Positions 8,134 through 14,668 of a stretch of DNA of 16,577 nucleotides are shown here, one piece after another. Each line of letters starts with the position of its first letter. Within the stretch, counting starts at the first letter, position 1. Below the pieces are notes generated by a model. The model saw nothing but the letters and a program-made list of their open reading frames with translations. It searched no databases and was not told the DNA's origin. Source of the stretch: a virus. Lineage: Duplodnaviria > Heunggongvirae > Uroviricota > Caudoviricetes. Position numbers and translations under genes: made by a program. The stretch lies in IMG/VR virus record IMGVR_UViG_2671180846_000036, positions 1 through 16,577 of that record. One strand, written 5' to 3'.

Positions 8134-8447
8134 CGGCGAGTAGGTACAAAATGATCCGCAACCAAAATATTGATTCTGCAATTTCGGGACGTTACACTGT
8201 TCCGGCACCTTATAAAGCGGGTGCCGGGATTGGAACCCCGGAATTGCTCGAGGCGATATACGACGCGCCAGCGTCTTTTTTATCGTCCATGCTCGCGCAC
8301 GCCAGAATTATGGTGGGCTGGGCAGGGGAGCCGAAAGGCTCGCCGGTTTCCTTGAGCGCCGGTAGTTCCAACCCTGTCCAGTCCGCCACCAGTGAGATTG
8401 GAACCTCCGGTGGTGGAAGTTTTTCACTGCTCAAGGAGGCTGCCATC

Positions 8448-8810
8448 ATGGCTACAGTCCCAACTTCCCCATACCTGAAAATCGAAGTCGTCAACGGCAA
8501 AGCTGTTATTTTCTCCCTGCATGTTGCCTGCCACTTTAAGCGCATGCACCAGAACATCGTCGACAAAATCGAGTATCTGAACTGCTCACGCGAATTTTTT
8601 ACCCGCAATTTCATACCGGGTACTTATCACATCTATGGTGACTCCCTGCGTGGTTATTACATCACCCTTGATGGGCTGATGATGCTTCAGCTTGGGTTAA
8701 GTCTGCGCACAATGCGGTACTACGAGAGCTGCATTGAAGTATTCCATGAGGCTGAAACCAGTCTGAATCACACTGCTTTCCGCCGTAATCAATGGGAGGT
8801 GCGCCCATGA
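8448..8810 (+). CDS. Rha-family phage regulatory protein, about 120 aa (start at internal ATG; in-frame ORF extends back to 8151)
   Basis: VVNGKAVIFSLHVACHFKRMHQNIVDKIEYLNCSREFF...YITLDGLMMLQLGL resembles the Rha N-terminal domain pattern (V.NG.avt.Sl.vAe.FgK.H.nVlrdi..l.cs.eF...mTrdGf.lL.mg). The ATG at 8448 has a strong AAGGAGG RBS 8 nt upstream; the upstream in-frame extension is GC-rich, low-complexity and lacks a good RBS. Confidence 0.6.
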   Translation: MATVPTSPYLKIEVVNGKAVIFSLHVACHFKRMHQNIVDKIEYLNCSREFFTRNFIPGTYHIYGDSLRGYYITLDGLMMLQLGLSLRTMRYYESCIEVFHEAETSLNHTAFRRNQWEVRP

Positions 8811-9031
8811 TTCGTCGCGTTGTGAATTCTCTGTATCACCGATACAACCGTTGCCCCCGTGTGGGGCAGTGGTTTGCCACCAGCAACGGTCATGTTCTGC
8901 GGGTTTGCCTGGTCAGTACCGAAAGCCAGAAAGTCGTGTGTGAATTACTGGGGCGTAACTACACCATTAGCTACCCACTGGCGGTGTTTCAGTCCGGAAA
9001 AATGTTTAAACGCCTGGGAGGTGCCGTGTGA
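8807..9031 (+). CDS. Hypothetical small protein, 74 aa (start at MIRRV)
   Basis: ATG at 8807 overlaps the Rha stop (ATGA) and is preceded by GGGAGGTG. No recognisable motif. Confidence 0.45.
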   Translation: MIRRVVNSLYHRYNRCPRVGQWFATSNGHVLRVCLVSTESQKVVCELLGRNYTISYPLAVFQSGKMFKRLGGAV

Positions 9032-9984
9032 GTAGCAAAATTCTCGGTAACGTCTGGGATGCATGTGCCGCGTATGGAGTCAAAGGTGCAAAGCTGATGA
9101 TCATGGCGCGCCTGGCTGATTATTCGAATGATGACGGGGTGTGTTACCCCGGTGTTGAAACAATATGCCGACAGCTTGGGTTGGGAGAAAGCACAGTAAG
9201 AACGGCAATTTCAGAGCTGGAGGCTGATGGCTGGCTGACGCGTCATTCACGCCGCAAAGGTAATCGTAATACGTCCAATCTTTATCATCTGAATGCTGAT
9301 CGGCTTGAACAGCTTGCCAGAACGGAGCGGGATAAGGTCGCTGAACTGAAAAAACAGCGCAGACTTTCAGCATTACGTGACCCGTCAGAATCTGAACCGT
9401 CAGAATCTGAACCTTCAAAATCTGAACCGTCAGAATCTGAACCTTCAAAATCTGACCAGTCAGAATCTGAATGTTCAGGTGTGTTTGACCCTTCAGATTC
9501 TGGCAAAAAAACGGTTTTGACCCTTCAGAATCTGGACCCAGATCCACAAGGTTTAAAACATGATCCACAAGTAAATTCAAAACATGATCCGCAAGATATT
9601 GGCGCATCCGCTGACGCGTCTGCACCAGCGCGTTCTGCCCGACAGGAATATTCACCGGAATTTGAACAGGCCTGGCAGGAATATCCCAAACGTGCTGGTG
9701 GCAATTCCAAGTCAGCAGCCTTCAAAGCCTGGAAAGCCCGTCTCAGGGAGGGAATAAAACCGGAGACCATGCTTGATGGTGTGAGACGTTATGCCGCCTG
9801 GGTACGTGCTACAGGAAATACCGGCACACAGTTCGTGAAGCAGGCTGCGACGTTCTTTGGACCCGATCGTCATTTCGAGGAAGCCTGGCAACAGCCAGCC
9901 GCTCCCGGAGGTGGGCGAACTACCGGCCTCCCGATCTCGGGATTCAGTGAGCAGGACTACGGTTCAACGAACTTCAACTGGTGA
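9028..9984 (+). CDS. Replication initiator / replisome organiser (O-like; N-terminal wHTH, repeat-encoded Ser/Glu/Pro linker, C-terminal DnaT-like region), 318 aa
   Basis: N-terminal HTH-like region (CYPGVETICRQLGLGESTVRTAISELEADGWL); an internal low-complexity linker PSESEPSESEPSKSEPSESEPSK encoded by DNA tandem repeats; position immediately upstream of the DnaC-like and DnaB-like genes. The arrangement parallels lambda O, where ori iterons lie inside the gene. Confidence 0.7.
   Translation: MSSKILGNVWDACAAYGVKGAKLMIMARLADYSNDDGVCYPGVETICRQLGLGESTVRTAISELEADGWLTRHSRRKGNRNTSNLYHLNADRLEQLARTERDKVAELKKQRRLSALRDPSESEPSESEPSKSEPSESEPSKSDQSESECSGVFDPSDSGKKTVLTLQNLDPDPQGLKHDPQVNSKHDPQDIGASADASAPARSARQEYSPEFEQAWQEYPKRAGGNSKSAAFKAWKARLREGIKPETMLDGVRRYAAWVRATGNTGTQFVKQAATFFGPDRHFEEAWQQPAAPGGGRTTGLPISGFSEQDYGSTNFNW
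9382..9471. repeat. Six tandem 15-bp direct repeats (consensus CCGTCAGAATCTGAA), putative origin iterons
   Basis: Read directly: CCGTCAGAATCTGAA x2, CCTTCAAAATCTGAA, CCGTCAGAATCTGAA, CCTTCAAAATCTGAC, CAGTCAGAATCTGAA. The core CAGAATCTG is near-palindromic. Two further copies (GACCCTTCAGATTCTGG and GACCCTTCAGAATCTGG) lie at 9487-9535, followed by CATGATCCACAAG repeats and A/T-rich spacers at 9541-9600. Confidence 0.7.
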
Positions 9985-10003
9985 TTTTTCGAGGTGATGA
10001 ACA

Positions 10004-10894
10004 ATGTTTGAACAGTTAAAAAAATACTACGCACAACACGACAAAGCGCAATTGCTCAACCGCAGGGCGGAACTGGAGGAGGAGATGCAGTTTGCCCGTG
10101 CCGGGAAGCGTCCGTGGCGCTGTGAACACTGGCTGACAAGCGAGGAAACTGCTGAGTGTGAGAAACACGGGAAATACACACGTCTGGTGTTGAAAGGGCC
10201 AGATGTTCGTGGGGAAGCCATCAAACGGGTGTCTGGTTGCCCGACCTGCATTGCGAATGAACTGGATCAGGTACAGGAGGCGTTACGCATCCTGAAAGTT
10301 CATGAATTACTCGACAGGGCTGGTATTGCCCGCCGCTTCCAGAACTGCGAGTTTGAGAATTATCAGGCGGTGAATGCTGACGCACAGAGAAATCTTGAGG
10401 CTTGTCGGCGCTATGCCGGTTCATGGGAGAAGTGTCTTGCTGCGGGTACCAGCATGATCATGATTGGCAATTGCGGTACCGGGAAAAATCACCTGGCTGT
10501 ATCAATGGCAAAAAATATTATTCGCCACCACCTGGCGACTGTCGAAATTACGGATGTTATGCGACTGACCCGCGCTGTGAAAAATACCTGGCGTCACAAT
10601 TCTGAACGCACTGAAGATGAAGTTATTGACCATTTTGTATCGCTGGACCTGCTCATCATCGATGAGGTTGGTGTGCAGTTCGGTACGCCAACAGAGATAA
10701 CCATCCTGCAGGAAATCATCAATGCGCGTTACGAAAGCGTGTTACCGACAATTTTGATCAGCAATCTGACGTTTGAACAGCTTAAGGAATCCATTGGTGA
10801 ACGGATTGTGGATCGCGTTACTGATGGTGGGCGTAACTGTCTGGTGTTTGGTTGGGAAAGCTACCGTGCACATATCAGAGGTGTGGCAGCATGA
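10004..10894 (+). CDS. DnaC-like helicase loader (IstB-like AAA+ ATPase), 296 aa
   Basis: Walker A GNCGTGKNHLA and Walker B LLIIDEVG. N-terminal Cys cluster (RCEHW ... GCPTC) suggests a zinc-binding module. GAGGTGA RBS upstream. Confidence 0.85.
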   Translation: MFEQLKKYYAQHDKAQLLNRRAELEEEMQFARAGKRPWRCEHWLTSEETAECEKHGKYTRLVLKGPDVRGEAIKRVSGCPTCIANELDQVQEALRILKVHELLDRAGIARRFQNCEFENYQAVNADAQRNLEACRRYAGSWEKCLAAGTSMIMIGNCGTGKNHLAVSMAKNIIRHHLATVEITDVMRLTRAVKNTWRHNSERTEDEVIDHFVSLDLLIIDEVGVQFGTPTEITILQEIINARYESVLPTILISNLTFEQLKESIGERIVDRVTDGGRNCLVFGWESYRAHIRGVAA

Positions 10895-12282
10895 CAACTC
10901 CAGTCTGGCGTAACGATGACCTGGAAGGCGCTGTCATTGGCGCGTTCTTTCTGCGCGGGGCAGATCCTGAAGTGATGGATATTCTGGCCACACTACCTGC
11001 GGACGTTTTTTCTGTACGACCGTATCGGGATATCTACACAGGCATCTGCAGACAGGCCCGTGTTTCAGGTGTGATTGACCCTGTGCTGCTGTGTAATGAG
11101 ATGCCGGAACTTGCCCCGGTGATTACTGATACCGGGCGTAAAACCTGGGTGAAGTCTTCACTGGAGCACTATGTTGCAGCGTTGCGTCGCAATGCCGCAC
11201 TGCGTGATGCAGAAAAGACGCTGAATGAGGCGTTGCAGAAATTACGTGATGCGCATACCTGTGAAGCAGCTGAAGATGCCCTGAAGGATGCGCAGAACAT
11301 GATGGCCTCATTGTCGACGGAAAAGGGCGTTATTCAGCCGGTACATATTGATGATGTGCTTCCGGAAGTGGTTGAGCGTGTTGAATGCCGGAATCAGGGG
11401 CTGGAGAAATCCAGGACGTTGATGACCGGTATTGATGAACTGGACGCAAAAACGGGCGGCATGGAGCCTGGCGACCTGGTATTTATTGCTGCACGTCCTT
11501 CGATGGGCAAAACCGAACTGGCGCTGGATATCATCGACAAGGTGACTGAGCAGGGGCATGGTGTTCTTCTGTTCACAATGGAAATGGCGAACATCCAGAT
11601 TGGTGAGCGCATGGTATCTGCGGCTGGAGGAATGCCGGTATCACGTCTGAAATCTGTCACTCACTTTGAAGACGAAGACTGGGCACGTTTCTCACAAGGG
11701 GTGGGGCGGATGACCGGGCGCAATATCTGGATGGTGGACCAGGCGAACCTGACCATTGACGAGATATGCGCAACAACGAAACACCACCTGATTAAACATC
11801 CGGAAACGGCGCTGGTGGTGGTTGATTATCTCGGACTGATAAAAACCCGAACCACGGGGCGTCATGACCTTGCCGTGGGTGAAATCTCAAAGGGGCTTAA
11901 AGGTCTGGCAAAATCCGGTGGTTTTCCGTTGATTGCGCTGAGTCAGCTCTCCCGCGGTGTGGAGTCCAGACCCAATAAACGTCCGATGAACTCAGACCTG
12001 AAAAATTCCGGAGAAATAGAGGCGGATGCAGACATCATTCTGATGCTTTACAGGGATGAAGTGTACAACCCGGATACGCAGGCCAGGGGCATCGCAGAAA
12101 TCAATATCACGAAACAGCGTAACGGTTCTCTGGGGACGGTTTACCGGCGTTTTTATAACGGACATTTTCTGCCTGTGGATCAGGAAAGCGCACAGATTCT
12201 TTCCACCCCAATGCAGCAGCCCCAGCCGCGCAGATACAGCAATAAGCGAACCGACAGCAGTAAGATGGAGCGTTTCTTTTGA
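10891..12282 (+). CDS. DnaB-like replicative DNA helicase, about 463 aa (start at MTTPVW)
   Basis: RecA-like C-terminal domain with Walker A ARPSMGKTELAL, Walker B-like VVVDYLGLI and the SQLSR motif typical of DnaB-family helicases. ATG at 10891 overlaps the DnaC-like stop (ATGA). Confidence 0.85.
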   Translation: MTTPVWRNDDLEGAVIGAFFLRGADPEVMDILATLPADVFSVRPYRDIYTGICRQARVSGVIDPVLLCNEMPELAPVITDTGRKTWVKSSLEHYVAALRRNAALRDAEKTLNEALQKLRDAHTCEAAEDALKDAQNMMASLSTEKGVIQPVHIDDVLPEVVERVECRNQGLEKSRTLMTGIDELDAKTGGMEPGDLVFIAARPSMGKTELALDIIDKVTEQGHGVLLFTMEMANIQIGERMVSAAGGMPVSRLKSVTHFEDEDWARFSQGVGRMTGRNIWMVDQANLTIDEICATTKHHLIKHPETALVVVDYLGLIKTRTTGRHDLAVGEISKGLKGLAKSGGFPLIALSQLSRGVESRPNKRPMNSDLKNSGEIEADADIILMLYRDEVYNPDTQARGIAEINITKQRNGSLGTVYRRFYNGHFLPVDQESAQILSTPMQQPQPRRYSNKRTDSSKMERFF

Positions 12283-12293
12283 ACAACCAGACC

Positions 12294-12536
12294 ATGACTT
12301 TTACGCCTGAACAATTACGTAAACAGGCACAGGAAATGTTACGACAGGCGGAACAACTGGAAAAGACAGGCGTAACAAAAGATGCCATTCGTAAGGATAT
12401 GGTGCCAGCGCTCAGGGAACTGATGCAGGCGAAACACCGCGCACAAAAAGCAGTGGATGAGCTGGTGGATTGTGTGGCAGAGCTGGAAACCAAAGTTGGA
12501 AAGTTCGAAAAACTGGTGCAGGAGGTACTGCGCTGA
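12294..12536 (+). CDS. Small coiled-coil hypothetical protein, about 80 aa
   Basis: Charged helical sequence (EQLRKQAQEMLRQAEQLEK...). The track ORF begins at a TTG at 12279; the first ATG is at 12294. Stop overlaps the Q start (TGATG). Confidence 0.45.
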   Translation: MTFTPEQLRKQAQEMLRQAEQLEKTGVTKDAIRKDMVPALRELMQAKHRAQKAVDELVDCVAELETKVGKFEKLVQEVLR

Positions 12537-12904
12537 TGCGTGATATGTACGAAGTTTTAGATCGTTGGGGGGCCTGGGCTGCAGCAGATAACAGTGGTGT
12601 GGACTGGCAGCCGATAGCAGCAGGCTTCAAGGGGCTTTTACCACACGGTAAAAAGTCACGTCTCCAGTGTGATGATGACGAAGGTATCATGATAGACGGT
12701 TGTGTGGCTCGGTTGCGAAAGTATAAACCCGAAGAGTATGAGTTGATCATTGCTCACTTTGTTATTGGTATCTCATTACGCGCTATTGCTAAAAAACGGA
12801 AATGTTCAGATGGAACAATACGGAAAGAGATGCAAACAGCAATGGGGTTTATTGATGGCTGCTTGTCATTTTTCATTTACTACAATGACTTAAGTTCTAT
12901 GTAA
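12536..12904 (+). CDS. Q: Late-gene antitermination protein Q (phage 82/21/DLP12 QuuD-type), 122 aa
   Basis: [60 protein letters not shown]... closely parallels the N-terminus of DLP12/phage-21-type Q as I recall it ([34 protein letters not shown]...[20 protein letters not shown]). Position after the replication genes fits. Confidence 0.85.
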   Translation: [122 protein letters not shown]

Positions 12905-12910
12905 AATCGT

Positions 12911-12945
12911 TCTACTTTCCCAACTTTTATGTGTATATAATACCA
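12911..12945 (+). promoter_or_regulatory. Putative promoter region downstream of Q (candidate PR'-like late promoter or cargo-gene promoter)
   Basis: AT-rich stretch with a consensus TATAAT hexamer at 12936-12941, about 27 nt upstream of the GTG start of the methyltransferase; no convincing -35. Proximity to the Q stop (12904) matches where lambdoid PR'/qut sites lie. Confidence 0.3.
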
Positions 12946-12967
12946 GGATAAAGTAACGGAGAATCTT

Positions 12968-14008
12968 GTGAACATTCAGGCAGTAGACATTTTTTGTGGT
13001 GCGGGGGGCTTAACTTTTGGGCTAAAAAAAGCCGGGATTGAGGTTTCTCATGGTATTGATATTGATGAATCCTGCCGTTTTGCTATTGAGAGCAATAATC
13101 CTTTAACGCAGTTCATTAATCAGTCAGTTACAGAACTGCAATCCTGCGATGTGTCTGCTATGTTCAAGGAAGGAAATATTAGATTGCTTGCTGGATGTGC
13201 TCCTTGCCAACCGTTTTCCAAGTATCGTAATCCAAATAGCCGTAAAGACGATACAAAGTGGCGTTTGTTATATGAGTTTCAAAGGCTTGTAAGTGATGTC
13301 ATGCCAGAGCTTGTGACGATGGAGAATGTTCCTCAACTTAGAAACCATAAGGTTTTTGAAGGGTTTGTTAGTGCATTAAAGACTCTTGGATATCATTTGT
13401 GGTACGACGTTGTAAGATGTTCTGAGTATGGCTTACCTCAAAATAGACGTAGATTAATTCTAATTGGTTCCCAATTGGGGCCGATCAGCCTTGATCAAAA
13501 AAAAGTTAGCCGTAAAGTTACTGTTAAGGATGCTATTGGTAGGTTGCCAAAAGTAGGGGCAGGTGAGAAGCTGGAAAGCGATCCCTTGCATCGTTCGCCT
13601 AAATTGATGGATATCAATCTTAAACGAATCATGCATTCTTTACCTGGTGGTACGTGGGATGACTGGCCTGAAGAAATTAGAGCAGACTGTCATAAAAAGA
13701 ATTCAGGTGCTACCTATAAAAGCGTTTATGGACGGATGGTTTGGGACGATACTAGCCCTACGATAACTACCCAGTGTTATGGATATGGAAATGGACGATT
13801 TGGCCATCCTGAGCAAAATCGCGCCATAACTTTGCGTGAAGCTGCGATTTTGCAATCCTTTCCAATGGATTATAAATTCCTTGACAAGGAGACGCCTTTT
13901 TCATTCCAAAAATTGGGGACAATGATTGGAAATGCTGTTCCCCCTATAATTGGTCAGATAATAGGGGAAACATTTATCAGACATGTTGAGGGGATAAATA
14001 CCCGTTAG
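12968..14008 (+). CDS. DNA (cytosine-5)-methyltransferase (Dcm-type), 346 aa, GTG start
   Basis: Canonical C5-MTase motifs in order: I DIFCGAGG (FxGxGG), IV GCAPCQPFS (catalytic PCQ), VI TMENVPQL (ENV), VIII QNRRRL, X GNAVPP. ACGGAG RBS upstream. AT-rich relative to the replication module. Confidence 0.9.
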   Translation: MNIQAVDIFCGAGGLTFGLKKAGIEVSHGIDIDESCRFAIESNNPLTQFINQSVTELQSCDVSAMFKEGNIRLLAGCAPCQPFSKYRNPNSRKDDTKWRLLYEFQRLVSDVMPELVTMENVPQLRNHKVFEGFVSALKTLGYHLWYDVVRCSEYGLPQNRRRLILIGSQLGPISLDQKKVSRKVTVKDAIGRLPKVGAGEKLESDPLHRSPKLMDINLKRIMHSLPGGTWDDWPEEIRADCHKKNSGATYKSVYGRMVWDDTSPTITTQCYGYGNGRFGHPEQNRAITLREAAILQSFPMDYKFLDKETPFSFQKLGTMIGNAVPPIIGQIIGETFIRHVEGINTR

Positions 14009-14666
14009 AGGTAATATAATTTTCTGTTGAGTTGATTAATAAACGCAAATATAGATCAATTCTTTCTGACCTCGATTTGACTTCTTCTAAAGGGTCTATT
14101 TGACCTTTTTTAGAAAAGCTGGTACTTCCATGTGCCAGCTCATTTCTGATATCTTTAAGTAAATCTAAGTCAACACCATTTCTACACTCTGGTGAGTTTG
14201 CAACAGTTATTCCGTAAGCTTGTGTTATTTTGTGCAATACAGACTTGCAAACATTACCATTGAATTCTTTACGTATGTTTAATGAGGCTGAAATGATCCT
14301 TTTAGATATATCGGAACCAATTTTTTGATAAAGAGATTTTCCCGATTCATTATCTGAAATGATACGGTGCAAGATATTTACTTGGAATTTCTCCCTGAGT
14401 GATGCGTAATTTACTTCATTATCTTGCAAATGGTCATAAATTGACTCAATGCATCCTCTGGCAGTGTTTTCAACCTGATTGTACAGCATCATGTGCACGG
14501 ATGATTTTAAAATGTTAACCCTAAGGGTATTTGATTCTATTTCATCTTTATGCGTTTGCTGATCTAACTGCTGAGTCTGAGCCTCTAAAGATGACGCAAG
14601 AGAAAGCAATTCCATAATATCTCTTGCTCTTTCTTCGTATTCATCTCTTAAATCAATCAAACTCAT
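13977..14666 (-). CDS. HEPN-like protein (Rx4H motif; resembles the MAE_28990/MAE_18760 HEPN family), 229 aa
   Basis: Predicted all-helical protein with the motif DIRNELAHG (R-x4-H) in the C-terminal third, the hallmark of HEPN RNase domains. Second gene of a two-gene operon (start 2 nt after the DUF262 gene stop). Its 3' end overlaps the convergent C5-MTase gene by 32 bp. Confidence 0.55.
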   Translation of the reverse strand: MSLIDLRDEYEERARDIMELLSLASSLEAQTQQLDQQTHKDEIESNTLRVNILKSSVHMMLYNQVENTARGCIESIYDHLQDNEVNYASLREKFQVNILHRIISDNESGKSLYQKIGSDISKRIISASLNIRKEFNGNVCKSVLHKITQAYGITVANSPECRNGVDLDLLKDIRNELAHGSTSFSKKGQIDPLEEVKSRSERIDLYLRLLINSTENYITSNGYLSPQHV

Positions 14667-14668
14667 AG

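Noticed and set aside
8151-8447. Upstream in-frame extension of the Rha-like ORF as the true N-terminus
   Set aside because: No good RBS at 8151, low-complexity GC-rich coding, and a strong AAGGAGG RBS precisely positioned for the internal ATG at 8448. Not fully excluded (see findings).
7445-8614. Minus-strand ORFs 7445..7726, 7831..8208 and 8210..8614, and plus-strand ORF 8170..8355
   Set aside because: Antisense to or alternative frames of the rightward early operon (KilA-N, Lar-like, Rha-like); no motif or RBS support. 8210..8614 overlaps the ambiguous GC-rich region, so it is not fully excluded.
9382-9535. Tandem direct repeats that might be mistaken for a CRISPR array
   Set aside because: The units are 15 bp and contiguous, with no unique spacers. 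They lie in-frame inside a replication initiator gene and encode a Ser/Glu/Pro linker, so they are iterons or linker repeats, not CRISPR.
9101-9770. Minus-strand ORFs inside the O-like gene (9101..9655, 9285..9506, 9525..9770)
   Set aside because: These are reading frames through the iteron repeats on the opposite strand; the repetitive low-complexity translations are artefacts.
10027-12750. Minus-strand and alternative-frame ORFs within the DnaC-like, DnaB-like and Q genes (for example 10027..10251, 11394..11660, 12107..12493, 12412..12750, 12056..12310)
   Set aside because: They overlap strongly supported plus-strand genes with clear catalytic motifs.
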